Origin: a virus
Lineage: Duplodnaviria; Caudoviricetes
Direction: 5' to 3' (one strand)
Virus record (IMG/VR): IMGVR_UViG_3300020042_003394
Span: 1-24,608 of that record
Length of the DNA: 24,608 nt
The first letter of the stretch is position 1. Each line of letters begins with the position of its first letter. Positions 7,275-16,921 of the stretch are shown piece after piece. The notes under the pieces are model-generated. The model was given only the letters and a program-made list of their open reading frames with translations, searched no databases and was not told the DNA's origin. A program made the position numbers and the translations under genes.

Positions 7275-7722
7275 CTATGTCTTTTTTAATTTCTTTGGAT
7301 CGTTGTAGTAAATTCTTTAGTGCACTCCATATATCTATACCCTTCACACTCTTATAATTTTCTGAAATAGAAATAGCCTCGATGCTTACAAGCACCAGGG
7401 ATAATATCTTAGTTAGCATTAAAGGTACTGAGAAGAATTGCAGGATGATATCATTAAGGATAAACTTATCTATCAGGTAGGTTAAAATGACAGCCACTTC
7501 ATATAGAAATAACTTAGACACAATAGCACTCAAGCCTCGTGATGTAATTTTAATCTTTAATTTTTTAGCCTTCCAAATACCAGTTATTGTGTCCAATAAA
7601 ATAGCAAAGCCAATTAAAAATAGGATGCCTGAGATAGGCAAAAAGAAAGCTGAGACCACTGCTAAAAGTTGAACAATATACTTTTGGATTGAGGATAATA
7701 GGATGGCTAACTGTACTTTCAT
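7231..7722 (-). CDS. Holin
   Basis: Several TM segments, LDTITGIWKA and EAISISEN motifs typical of holin family 4; directly upstream of the amidase. Confidence 0.85.
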   Translation of the reverse strand: MKVQLAILLSSIQKYIVQLLAVVSAFFLPISGILFLIGFAILLDTITGIWKAKKLKIKITSRGLSAIVSKLFLYEVAVILTYLIDKFILNDIILQFFSVPLMLTKILSLVLVSIEAISISENYKSVKGIDIWSALKNLLQRSKEIKKDIDGVRSNKDSTGEAG

Positions 7723-8288
7723 TATAAGATCAGTATACTATTATTATATCCATTCTCTCTAAAGTTTCCACAGTTGCCTATGCAAGTTAGTTGGTATTGA
7801 GTGATGCAGCTGCAGTTATTGAACATTGGCCTTAAATCAGTATCTAAATTAGTGGTAGAAATAAAGATAGGGAACAGTGCTCTGTTAGTTAGCAGCCATC
7901 TGATTAGTCTCTGCTCAAAGAAGCTAGCTTTTTGAGCGTAGTGCTCCATCCCGAAGGCTACCTCATTACGTGATACACTAGCAGAGTAGTCCCCTGATTG
8001 AGTCTGCAGTCCTTTGTTCTTAAGTTGGTAGGTCAAGCCGAAGACAGCATCCTCAGCACTTCTCCAAGCTATCACTGGCTGTATAAATTCTACTAGCAGG
8101 ATCTCATTAGGGTTAAGCGTCTGAGCATTGTACACTGTGAGCATGTGATTATAGAAAGTAGTCCCTAGTATAGGTTGTATCCTTAAGGCTGCCTGAGTAG
8201 CTATGTATGGTGTTACATCTGTTACATCCACATTAGCAGTGATGGGTGTATTAACCTTTAAATAAGTTTCTGTGATGAAATATAGCAT
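7722..8288 (-). CDS. Head-tail adaptor/connector (putative)
   Basis: Follows the portal; size and the IQPILGTTFY segment fit Bacteroidota phage adaptors. Confidence 0.6.
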   Translation of the reverse strand: MLYFITETYLKVNTPITANVDVTDVTPYIATQAALRIQPILGTTFYNHMLTVYNAQTLNPNEILLVEFIQPVIAWRSAEDAVFGLTYQLKNKGLQTQSGDYSASVSRNEVAFGMEHYAQKASFFEQRLIRWLLTNRALFPIFISTTNLDTDLRPMFNNCSCITQYQLTCIGNCGNFRENGYNNSILIL

Positions 8289-9574
8289 TATACAGTAGGA
8301 TTAGTAAGTGGAGGTAAATCAGCTAGAGCTCTTATTTCGTTTGGTGTCATATTATCTAGTATCTTCTGAGCTACCGTAGGATGCATAGCACTGATCAGGT
8401 TATTAATTCTAGAAGCATCACCCTCTAACTCTACTATTGACTCATCTATTACCTGAAAGTTATTGATAGTGAAATCAGCAGGTATCTTAGAGATGGTTAG
8501 TAACTCATTAAAGATGTGCTCTACACAGCTGCGTATTTCCATTACTACATTTTTCTCAAATATCACATAGGCCTGCTTAATATCTGCACCACCACCTAAT
8601 GATCCTGTGGTCCTTACACCCATTAAGATAGGATCTATTGTGTGAGCGAAACATATTTGCTCAGTGTTAAGTTGTGATGCCTCCTGGAATAGCTTATCAT
8701 TATTATTAATAGGAATAGACTCTATCGTAGGCAGCTGCTCAGCAGAGTTCGCAAAAAATGCTACACTACGGCCTGCATTGGCTGCTCCTTTCATTCGATC
8801 TAGTGTGTCCTTAATCATGTGCTTCTCTTCCTCACTTTGTGGCCTCTTAGGGAACATCATAGCAAAGCTAGGAAAAACACTATTTTGGATGTTAGACTTA
8901 GCAAAGTACGAAAGCTCGCCTGATAAGAAAGCAAAGTTAAGACAGCTAGTATATTGTGGTAGTGAGTAGTAGTCCTGGCCTATGCTCTTAATCTCATAGC
9001 AGTATAGTTGCTCAGCGTCAGTATTGGCTATATGGTATGGCTTAATCATAGAGATGCCTATCCTAGTGCTCCAGTCATCAGAGATGAAATAAGTTTTACG
9101 ATCTAAAGATACTCTTACCTTCTCAGGAGATATATTCTCTATCCTGCTAATTTTTCGGTTAGGTCCATAGCATATCCTAAAGTAAATTCTATTATGCACA
9201 ATCAGCTGCTTAGTGACAGCCTTAACAATATGCTTAAGGTTAATCTTTCTTTCAAAAGTATATAGCTCTAGCTTCTCAATAGTAGTAAGCAAATCAGTCT
9301 TAAGAGCGAAGCCACCACCTATCACTGCGTTAGTCTTAAAATCTACTATAGCACCATGAAGTGGTGAGCTGTAGTACATTTGGTTAAGCATCTCAGGGTA
9401 TAGGTTCTCAGCTCCAAAATTTATCCACTGATTAGCACTATATCTATTGCTTACATAGGGTAGCGTTAAGTTACCTTTACCTACAGGTAGGAATGGAGTG
9501 CTGAATGACTGATATCCCTCTACTACCTCATGTGTAGTATCTGATTTTTTAAATATATTGTTATACCATGCCAT
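8288..9574 (-). CDS. Portal protein
   Basis: 428 aa; FGAENLYP...SSPLHGAIV, YYSLPQY, GAANAG and ICFAHTIDPILMGV are portal-like motifs. Confidence 0.85.
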   Translation of the reverse strand: MAWYNNIFKKSDTTHEVVEGYQSFSTPFLPVGKGNLTLPYVSNRYSANQWINFGAENLYPEMLNQMYYSSPLHGAIVDFKTNAVIGGGFALKTDLLTTIEKLELYTFERKINLKHIVKAVTKQLIVHNRIYFRICYGPNRKISRIENISPEKVRVSLDRKTYFISDDWSTRIGISMIKPYHIANTDAEQLYCYEIKSIGQDYYSLPQYTSCLNFAFLSGELSYFAKSNIQNSVFPSFAMMFPKRPQSEEEKHMIKDTLDRMKGAANAGRSVAFFANSAEQLPTIESIPINNNDKLFQEASQLNTEQICFAHTIDPILMGVRTTGSLGGGADIKQAYVIFEKNVVMEIRSCVEHIFNELLTISKIPADFTINNFQVIDESIVELEGDASRINNLISAMHPTVAQKILDNMTPNEIRALADLPPLTNPTV

Positions 9575-9575
9575 A

Positions 9576-9926
9576 TTAGTCGTATATTGAAGTTCCTACT
9601 GGCCCACTTACCACCATTCTACCCTCTTCTATCACTACACCTGTAGATTGTGCAATGGTTAAAGGTAGTACATAGGGTACTGAGCTCTGATAAATTTGAT
9701 ATATAAACTGCCCTTGTAATAATGGAATATCTACAGGCTCATCAAGTACAAAGAGATTGTATCTCTCAGGGTATAAGCTAATATCTGCAGTTGTGAATAA
9801 CTCAGTAACTGATAGAGTATTCATCTCATTTGTAAAAGCAAATAGATAGTTAGGGGTGGGTACAGTTGTGACCTCTGTTAAGGTTAAAACTATTTGATTA
9901 ATAACTCCCTGCTCAATGTATATCAT
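9576..9926 (-). CDS. Hypothetical virion protein (116 aa)
   Basis: Start moved to MIYIEQG (9926), which directly follows the late motif; the longer ORF-track start lies inside a terminator. Confidence 0.7.
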   Translation of the reverse strand: MIYIEQGVINQIVLTLTEVTTVPTPNYLFAFTNEMNTLSVTELFTTADISLYPERYNLFVLDEPVDIPLLQGQFIYQIYQSSVPYVLPLTIAQSTGVVIEEGRMVVSGPVGTSIYD

Positions 9927-9938
9927 ACCTATATTGTA
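9927..9938 (-). promoter_or_regulatory. Late promoter motif TACAATATAGGT
   Basis: AATATAGGT immediately 5' of the ATG, just downstream of a terminator. Confidence 0.75.
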
Positions 9939-9964
9939 TGATAGCTTGTAAATAATTATAAATA

Positions 9965-9989
9965 AAAAAAGCCCCACATCTGCAGGGCT
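9965..9989 (-). terminator. Intrinsic terminator after the tail-tube gene
   Basis: AGCCCUGCA-GA-UGUGGGGCU followed by a U run. Confidence 0.8.
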
Positions 9990-10008
9990 AAATTTTTAGG
10001 AGTTTACC

Positions 10009-10554
10009 TTAAACTAAACCTAAAGCAGTGTAAGCAGCAGAATTTAGTAAATTTACTTCTAAGGCTAAAGCCTCATTCTCAGCTACCAAAGTAAGCGTGT
10101 ACTTAGAACCATCAGCTCTGGCTGTGCCAGATCCTTCACCTGTAGCAGTAAGCTGCATGAAAGGGAAATACCAATATTTACCATTAGCATCTAATACTAC
10201 CACTGAAAGATACTGCTGTCCTGATCCTAATATCTTCAGAGCATAAGACTTAGCCATCTCACGTCTATGGAAAACTAGATTGACTGTTTGAGTTACAAAA
10301 GTAGAGCCATTGATTAGATCAGCAGCTGTATCTTCTGTATAGTTTGATGTATTTCTGCGTACAAATAAATTAACAAATTGAGCAGCAGGAGTTCCAAGAG
10401 TAGTTATAGCTGTTACCTCGTAATCAGGATAGACAGTATTTTCAGTCACTACATTTAGCTCATCCATAGCTATAACCCATGCTTGGTAAATACCTCCTGT
10501 GTTGTTGTCGCAGTTTTTTAAAATGGCCTCGAGGGCCGTACATAAATTGGGCAT
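10009..10554 (-). CDS. Major tail (tube) protein, putative
   Basis: C...C..NTGGI N-terminus, NGSTFVTQTV, VVLDANGKYW, GTARADGSKYTLTL; follows the capsid gene. Confidence 0.7.
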   Translation of the reverse strand: MPNLCTALEAILKNCDNNTGGIYQAWVIAMDELNVVTENTVYPDYEVTAITTLGTPAAQFVNLFVRRNTSNYTEDTAADLINGSTFVTQTVNLVFHRREMAKSYALKILGSGQQYLSVVVLDANGKYWYFPFMQLTATGEGSGTARADGSKYTLTLVAENEALALEVNLLNSAAYTALGLV

Positions 10555-10571
10555 ATTTTTAAGTTTTATAT

Positions 10572-10592
10572 AAAAGGGGTTGCCCCCCTCTA
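10572..10592 (-). terminator. Weak terminator or attenuator hairpin after the capsid gene
   Basis: GAGGGG-GGCAA-CCCCUU followed by UUAUAU. Confidence 0.5.
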
Positions 10593-10602
10593 TGAATTTA
10601 TA

Positions 10603-11550
10603 TTAAGAATAGTAAACTATATCCTGTGGATTGACATAGTCAAAGCCAATTTTCATGTTTGCACGAGTTCTTAAGAAAGGCTCAGCAGTTGTCTCAGACA
10701 AGTTCACTGCACGTAAATCAGATGGATCACCTTCACCATCAAACGCATAAAGCAAGTTATCCTTTAAAGTCATCACAAAAGTATCATTTGACATCCCTGG
10801 ACAAAGAACAATCTTGATACCTAAGTAAGTTAAAGATAGATCTTGTGTGATAAATGCATTAGTGTTACCTTGTGCTACACCTAAACGGTAGATATTAACC
10901 AATTGTGTTGGTAAATAGAAACGTAAATCTGCAGTTCTAGAAGCAATAGCTGCAGGAACCAAAGCAAAAGCTGCATTTAATTTAGTAAGTAAAGTAGCAA
11001 AAGTAGCAATACCACCTGTACCACCATTGATAACAGGAGGTGTAGGAGGAACCGTTACAGGAGGAACTAAACCATTACCAAGTAAAACCTCATAACCATC
11101 ACATAAATTAAGTGGAGCACTACCACCTGTATCACCTTGCCATCTTAAAGTTTCAATAGATCCATTGATAGAGTTAGCCATCTCAGACCAGTAAAATTGC
11201 ATGAAAGATGCTACAGTGAAATCACCGTTTGAACCTTGTGCCATTTGCAAAGCAACGAAAGATTGCTCTAGATCAAATTGACAGATTTGTGCCATTGCAG
11301 ATAATGAACATACCGTTACCTCTTTTGAGCTTAAGTTATCTGTAGGGGCATTCCACCCACATAAAGCAGTTTGTAATATGTCTCCGAATGTGACAGCACC
11401 AATTTTCATTGCATATTTTACACCAGGTAAAGTACGAAAGTTGTCAGTGATCTCAGATGATCCTAAATACGCTTGAGCGTAGAAGCTGTCAGCGTTGGGT
11501 GTTAATTCTGCACTTGGCAGGGTAACTAAATCGAATTTTAATTTTCTCAT
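10603..11550 (-). CDS. Major capsid protein
   Basis: 315 aa, after the protease/scaffold; LRWQGD, CDGY and YLGIKIVLCPGM are capsid-like motifs; A10 run before the ATG. Confidence 0.8.
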   Translation of the reverse strand: MRKLKFDLVTLPSAELTPNADSFYAQAYLGSSEITDNFRTLPGVKYAMKIGAVTFGDILQTALCGWNAPTDNLSSKEVTVCSLSAMAQICQFDLEQSFVALQMAQGSNGDFTVASFMQFYWSEMANSINGSIETLRWQGDTGGSAPLNLCDGYEVLLGNGLVPPVTVPPTPPVINGGTGGIATFATLLTKLNAAFALVPAAIASRTADLRFYLPTQLVNIYRLGVAQGNTNAFITQDLSLTYLGIKIVLCPGMSNDTFVMTLKDNLLYAFDGEGDPSDLRAVNLSETTAEPFLRTRANMKIGFDYVNPQDIVYYS

Positions 11551-11561
11551 TTTTTTTTTTA

Positions 11562-12515
11562 TTAGTAATTATTATTAAATTTGTTAAACATACTTAATTT
11601 TTGTTGTGCACTCAAAGCCACAACCTCCTCAACCTCCTCAGCTTGCTCATCCACAGCCATTGACTCCTCTAATTGAGCCTTAAGATCTGCGATCATTGCT
11701 ACAAGTGCATCCACTTGCTCTGTAATAAATGGCCTTACTATCTCTAGTATTGCCTCTGCATCTAAAGCAGGATCTACAGCCATAGTCTCCTCTTCTACTA
11801 CTTCCTCCTCTTCTACTACTGTATCTGCTAGTGTGGCCTCAACCACTTCTGCATCACGTATCTCAGTAATCTCTCCGTCAACTACGACATAGATCTTACC
11901 ATCAATCGTGTGTTCTCCGTCTGGTAATTTGTTCATTTTTATATCTGTTTTTAATTGTGTTACCTCTTTTAATTTCATGCCTAAGTATCCCTCAATGCTG
12001 AAACCTACCTGGTCATTATCTACTAAGTAATTATAGTACTCCTGATCAGTGACCTGAGCTGTTACCATTAATGTACCTGTAGGTACTTCTATGCCAAAGC
12101 TAGAGTAAGCCTTATCTTTAGTAGGGTTGTCTACTATCCACGCTTCAAGTACATAAGCAGGTACAGTCTCATTGGTATCATGCTCTAGATTGAACAGGTC
12201 CTTATTAGACATATCCTTCATAAACTTAGAATGGATCTTCTCTATCTCCTCCTTAGTAAACTTAACATAGTACTCCTTGCCATCCTCATCATCCTTCCTA
12301 TAGATTTCCATAGGGATAAGAGCAGGTGCCACAATTCTATATTTGACATTGTCCTTAAATATCATTGGCTTAGCCTGACTATTGAATGCCATCCCCATTA
12401 CTTTGATAGCAGGAGTAGAGGTAAAAGCAATCTGCTCTATACCTAAGTCCTCCCCATTTTCAGAGTATTCAGGATCAATCGTAATTTTGTATATTGGTAA
12501 ATTATCTTTAGCCAT
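11562..12515 (-). CDS. Prohead protease (XkdF-like) with acidic scaffold C-terminus
   Basis: PALIPMEIYR, NLEHD, EAWIV, GFSIEG; E-rich coiled-coil tail. Confidence 0.8.
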   Translation of the reverse strand: MAKDNLPIYKITIDPEYSENGEDLGIEQIAFTSTPAIKVMGMAFNSQAKPMIFKDNVKYRIVAPALIPMEIYRKDDEDGKEYYVKFTKEEIEKIHSKFMKDMSNKDLFNLEHDTNETVPAYVLEAWIVDNPTKDKAYSSFGIEVPTGTLMVTAQVTDQEYYNYLVDNDQVGFSIEGYLGMKLKEVTQLKTDIKMNKLPDGEHTIDGKIYVVVDGEITEIRDAEVVEATLADTVVEEEEVVEEETMAVDPALDAEAILEIVRPFITEQVDALVAMIADLKAQLEESMAVDEQAEEVEEVVALSAQQKLSMFNKFNNNY

Positions 12516-12545
12516 ACCTATATTATAATTATTCCTATATTTGTA
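12516..12545 (-). promoter_or_regulatory. Late promoter motif TACAAA-N15-AATATAGGT
   Basis: Abuts the ATG of the head operon. Confidence 0.75.
12536..12543 (+). promoter_or_regulatory. Host-sigma -7 element TATATTTG for the + strand gene pair
   Basis: Exact TAnnTTTG match 14 nt upstream of the ATG at 12558. Confidence 0.65.
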
Positions 12546-12557
12546 AAAAAATTAACT

Positions 12558-13112
12558 ATGATAACTATTTTAGGTAGGGACATTCCCAACAGAGTGGATG
12601 AGATGACTATAGACCAGTTCGAGCTCATCACAGAAATCAGTAATAATCAGAACATTGATCCTATAGATAGGCACCTGCAGATCTTTATAGCTCTAGGCAT
12701 CCCTGAAAAGGAGTTCTTTGACTATGATGTGGCTGACTTTATTGATATAGTAAAGGAGTTTAATGATGGAAATAAGCTAGCTGAGCTTTCTGATCCTGTG
12801 ACTACCCTAGAGCTAGATGGTTATGCTTACTCGGCAGAGTTTAAACTTACAGTTAGAGAGACAAAGCTAATAGAAAAGATTGCTATTACTAAACCAAAGG
12901 GATACATCTCTGATATACTAGCTGTTATGTTTAAGAGGGATGATCTTACCAATGCTGAGCACTATGCTGAGGCACATCTTAAGCTAAAAGCAAAATTAAT
13001 CAAAGGCCTAACTGCAGATATAGCCATCCCTTATCTTATGTTCATAGCAAATAAAATCAAAGCACAAGTACCTGAAGCTGATGAGTCTATTATTACCGAA
13101 GAGGTGGAGTGA
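12558..13112 (+). CDS. Tail assembly chaperone-like protein (G-like)
   Basis: IPNRVDEMTIDQF N-terminus; appears paralogous to the next gene. Confidence 0.5.
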   Translation: MITILGRDIPNRVDEMTIDQFELITEISNNQNIDPIDRHLQIFIALGIPEKEFFDYDVADFIDIVKEFNDGNKLAELSDPVTTLELDGYAYSAEFKLTVRETKLIEKIAITKPKGYISDILAVMFKRDDLTNAEHYAEAHLKLKAKLIKGLTADIAIPYLMFIANKIKAQVPEADESIITEEVE

Positions 13113-13821
13113 TATCTCTGTTCAAAAGTTTATAGAAATATCTGAGATAGACAAAGAGCTAGGACCTTGGCATTACAATAGTGAGATACTATCTATAATC
13201 ACAGATGAGCCTATTGATGATATTGAGGATCTAGAGATAGAGGTGCTTAACGATTATATGGATCAGTGCAAGTGGGCCATGTCTCAACCATCTAAACAAT
13301 ACAAGCAAAAGCTTTTAGGGATGCAGCTAAAGCCACTAAGTAAGCTCACTCTGTTTGAGTATATAGATCTTGATCACTTCTTTAATAATAACTACCTAAC
13401 TAATATAGATAAGATCTGTGCTATACTATATAGGCAGGCTAAAACTAGTAGATGGGGTGAGGATATCCTGGAGCCTTATGATTATGATATCAATACTAGG
13501 GCTGATAAGTTTTTAGACCTACCCATTACAGATGTGTATGGTATTATTAATGAGTTCCTAAAGTTTAGAGAGAATTTTTTAAATGTATATGCTAATCTGT
13601 TTGGTGAGGTAGATGGTGAAATTACTGAGGAGGAGAAAGCTACACTAGATCCTGAAGAAATAAAAGAAATTGAGCAGGAAAAAAAAGAGAGCAAGTGGAG
13701 CTGGGAGCGTATGATCTATGGATTGACTAATGGGGATATCACTAAAACTGAAGCAGTAGGATCTTTGCCTCTTGTCTATGTATTTAATGTTATGGGCATG
13801 AAAAAAGAATTAAACATCTAA
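13081..13821 (+). CDS. Tail assembly chaperone-like protein (GT-like)
   Basis: LPKRWSDISVQKF N-terminus plus a C-terminal KWSWERMIYGLTNGDITK..V..LP extension. Confidence 0.55.
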   Translation: MSLLLPKRWSDISVQKFIEISEIDKELGPWHYNSEILSIITDEPIDDIEDLEIEVLNDYMDQCKWAMSQPSKQYKQKLLGMQLKPLSKLTLFEYIDLDHFFNNNYLTNIDKICAILYRQAKTSRWGEDILEPYDYDINTRADKFLDLPITDVYGIINEFLKFRENFLNVYANLFGEVDGEITEEEKATLDPEEIKEIEQEKKESKWSWERMIYGLTNGDITKTEAVGSLPLVYVFNVMGMKKELNI

Positions 13822-14262
13822 AGGATACCCATCAGTCCAGGTAGCAGGAGCTGCAATCGGAAAGAATGAGTACACTATTGACTTATTACCTTGGAAAATT
13901 CTAGCTATATCCATAATTGGATACTTTTTAGTGAGCCATTCAGTATACTGTGCGTAGATTTCAGTAGTAATACCTGCCGAGTCTAGCTCTTGAGTGAACT
14001 GTCTGACTAGATCATAGGGCTCTATTCTACCACCATTCCACAAATCAGCACCATTGTTGAGGTACATAAAGTAATACATAGCTATTATCTCTATTTCTAT
14101 GTTACCTAAAGCAGGCACTTTGGCATTGATCCTGATACTATCTACTAGTGTACCCTCTTGAAATAGGCCATTAGACATGATTATATTCTTTAATATGGCT
14201 GCCATCTTCCTACGAGTAGGATACTTGACCATAAAAGTAGCAGAAATAGGGTAATTTGCCAT
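13810..14262 (-). CDS. Tail completion/neck protein, putative
   Basis: GTLVDSI and YFMYLNNG resemble HK97 gp10-type neck proteins. Confidence 0.5.
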   Translation of the reverse strand: MANYPISATFMVKYPTRRKMAAILKNIIMSNGLFQEGTLVDSIRINAKVPALGNIEIEIIAMYYFMYLNNGADLWNGGRIEPYDLVRQFTQELDSAGITTEIYAQYTEWLTKKYPIMDIARIFQGNKSIVYSFFPIAAPATWTDGYPLDV

Positions 14263-14292
14263 ACCTATATTATATTAGAGTATATATTTAGT
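14263..14292 (-). promoter_or_regulatory. Late promoter motif ACTAAA-N15-AATATAGGT
   Basis: Abuts the ATG at 14262. Confidence 0.75.
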
Positions 14293-14726
14293 TATATTGG
14301 CACTGCACAATCAGTCCAATCATTGACAGTAAGCGTGATGCTCATCTGATACCCTGCAGCGTAGTCTAGCAAATCATTGTTGAGGGGTGTAAAAATTGGC
14401 AGGCCTATTACATCAAAGCTATAGTCATTACTATCCGTATAGTAGATAAACAAATCATTAAGGATCTGCTGAGTGTCACTTAGAATTGTGATGATATTAG
14501 CTCTATCCTTCTGTATGATATCATAGCAGTAAATATCGAAGGTAAATTCTGTAGTATTTTCTGTAGGTGATACTGAGCTAGGCACGATATATACTAGGGG
14601 ATACTTCTCATTTGCAGTAGCAAAGTTGTACAGCTGTTCCTTGAAATCACTGCCTACTTTAAAGACTTGCTTGTGAGCTGTGTAGAAGGTGATGATGTGG
14701 TTTGTTATTGCTTGAAGGCTGTTCAT
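14292..14726 (-). CDS. Tail terminator-like protein
   Basis: KYPLVYIVP, ILSDTQQILND, AAGYQMSITL; size and context fit. Confidence 0.55.
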   Translation of the reverse strand: MNSLQAITNHIITFYTAHKQVFKVGSDFKEQLYNFATANEKYPLVYIVPSSVSPTENTTEFTFDIYCYDIIQKDRANIITILSDTQQILNDLFIYYTDSNDYSFDVIGLPIFTPLNNDLLDYAAGYQMSITLTVNDWTDCAVPI

Positions 14727-16921
14727 AGTTCTGAGTTTTTATTAATACGATTGATTTTGTCCTGGACTGATGTAACCTGTGACTCACTTACTATAGCTGT
14801 CACTGTCATAGATGTACTACCTGTAGATGTACCTCCTGCACTCATTGTGCCACCTGTATTAGCTGAGCCAAATAGCTGAGCTGCTTGAGGCACTACCTGA
14901 GAAGTGGATGAGCTTCCACCACCACCTGTATCACCACCATCACCACCACCACCTGCTGAAGGAGTACTACTAGGTGATGATAATATCTGCTTAGCCTTAG
15001 CCACGTTAGTAGCAATCTGTATGATCCCTGCTGTGAATTGTGCTATACCTGCACCACCTGCTGTAACAGCATTGGCAGGGTTAAGGTTGGAAGCTGCTAC
15101 TAAAGCTGAGATAGCCTTAGCAGTATCAATACCTATTTGTATCAATGCACTGGCCTTGTTAAACTTCTCTAGTTTCTTCTGATCCTTTATAAGCATACCA
15201 CCTAAGTTAGTAAGCCCATCCACTGTATCCTTAGCAAATGTTAATTTAGCATTCATAGCTTTTTGGCCATCATCAAACTCCTTTTGCTTAACTGCAGTAT
15301 CCATAGCTGTTATCTTTTCATCATACTGCTTTTTGAGTAGTGCTAGTGTTTCAAAGTTTGCATTAGCCATCTCTTGGTCCTTAAGATACTTTGCCTCTAG
15401 AGCTGACCTTTCTATTACATCTGCTGACTGCAAACTAGCTAACAGATCTGTCTGTGCTTTTTGTTTGTCTAGTAGCTTCTTATCTGCCTCTGCTTTTTCT
15501 AGTGCATCATATTGGGCTGCTAGCGTTTTCTTTTGTTCAGCTGTTAGGGTGAGATCAGCAATGGCTGCAGCTCGTAGCTTATCATACTTATCCTTTTGTA
15601 TAAACAATTCCTTTTCAGTTCCCTCAGCCATTAGCTGTAGGTTTAGAGCTGCGATAGTTTCATTTCCTTTCTTAAGATTAGTCTCTTCTATCGTTCTCTT
15701 ATCTGTGGCAATTTTGTCTAGCTCAATCTTCTGCTGTGTAATAGCTTGCTCTCTAAATTTAGCTTTCTCCTCTTTAGTCTTTTTATCATCATTGACCAAA
15801 TCAGCTAATACCCTCTTGTACTTTTCATTGATTATAGCTATCTCCCTTTCTGTTTGTTCCTTTATCTGAGATAACTCAAAGTCTTTCAATGCTCTTGAAG
15901 CTGTCAATCTATTAGCTCTATACTCCTTTGCTTTGGCTGCTGCTTCTTTAGCTGCTGCTGCTGCATCCGTTGCAGCCTTAGCCTCATCTGCTGTAACTTC
16001 TTTAGCAAAATTGGCCCTGATGATTTCACGATCATTAACTCCTTTTGATATTAAGTCATTCTCAGCTTTTATATCATCTTTTAACTTTTGCTTTTTCTTT
16101 TTTGCATCCTCATCAGTCTGATGGGCAATAGCTTTAAGTGTTGCATAGTTATTTCTTACTCTTTGCTGAGCTTCTTTCTGAGCAGTATAGCTTTTTTCTA
16201 TTTCTAAGTTTACAGTAGTTTTACCTGCTATCTTAGCCATAGCTATCTCATGATCGTAAGACTTACCCATATCTTCTGCTCTATCCTTACTGGCAGCACT
16301 TGCTTTCTCCATCGCAGCTGTTACCTTCTCGGCATTTTCATCAGCAGCAAACGAGGTAATACCCATCCAATCAGTTAACATCTTAAAGCCATCTATCAGA
16401 GCTCGTATAGGGATCATTAAGACATCTAGCACCTTTTGGAGTACTCCGAATTTATTTAACACTAAAGCAACAGCAGCCACAATAGCTACTATTACTACTG
16501 TGAGTAGGAAAATTGGGTTCATCAATATCTGTAGTCCTAGCTTCATGAAGGCCATCCCTAAATTCTTAACTGTACCACCTAGTCCTTTAAGTGCCTTGCT
16601 TATGTCATCCTTGCCTAAGCTACCCATAGTAGAAACTAAAAGCTCAGACTTCTTGTTAGCCTCCTCAAAATCTAGCGACATTAACGATCTCTTAATACCA
16701 CCTAAGCCATTAGAGACTGCTTCGAATTTAGATCCTGTAGCAAACATTTTTACCTGCTCATTAGCATCCTTAATCTTATCAGATAGTACACCTGCTGCCT
16801 TAGATAACCTAGCAATCTCTGCAGGATCTGTAGCGTTAATTAATTCACCTTTTAACATTTTTAGCTCGGCCTTGACAGCTGCTAGTCCTCCTATTTTGAG
16901 AGGTATCTCTACTTCATTCAT
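14723..16921 (-). CDS. Tape measure protein
   Basis: 732 aa, Ala/Lys-rich helical sequence, hydrophobic MNPIFLLTVVIVAIVAAV segment, Gly/Ser-rich C-terminus. Confidence 0.85.
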   Translation of the reverse strand: MNEVEIPLKIGGLAAVKAELKMLKGELINATDPAEIARLSKAAGVLSDKIKDANEQVKMFATGSKFEAVSNGLGGIKRSLMSLDFEEANKKSELLVSTMGSLGKDDISKALKGLGGTVKNLGMAFMKLGLQILMNPIFLLTVVIVAIVAAVALVLNKFGVLQKVLDVLMIPIRALIDGFKMLTDWMGITSFAADENAEKVTAAMEKASAASKDRAEDMGKSYDHEIAMAKIAGKTTVNLEIEKSYTAQKEAQQRVRNNYATLKAIAHQTDEDAKKKKQKLKDDIKAENDLISKGVNDREIIRANFAKEVTADEAKAATDAAAAAKEAAAKAKEYRANRLTASRALKDFELSQIKEQTEREIAIINEKYKRVLADLVNDDKKTKEEKAKFREQAITQQKIELDKIATDKRTIEETNLKKGNETIAALNLQLMAEGTEKELFIQKDKYDKLRAAAIADLTLTAEQKKTLAAQYDALEKAEADKKLLDKQKAQTDLLASLQSADVIERSALEAKYLKDQEMANANFETLALLKKQYDEKITAMDTAVKQKEFDDGQKAMNAKLTFAKDTVDGLTNLGGMLIKDQKKLEKFNKASALIQIGIDTAKAISALVAASNLNPANAVTAGGAGIAQFTAGIIQIATNVAKAKQILSSPSSTPSAGGGGDGGDTGGGGSSSTSQVVPQAAQLFGSANTGGTMSAGGTSTGSTSMTVTAIVSESQVTSVQDKINRINKNSEL

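Noticed and set aside
11551-11561. A10 run as a scaffold-capsid frameshift or phase-variation site
   Set aside because: It lies after the stop codon and is better explained as an A-rich initiation region.
12516-14271. Recombinase-invertible segment around the + strand genes
   Set aside because: The flanking GCCATACCTATATTATA copies are direct, not inverted, match the late motif plus start codon, and no recombinase is present.
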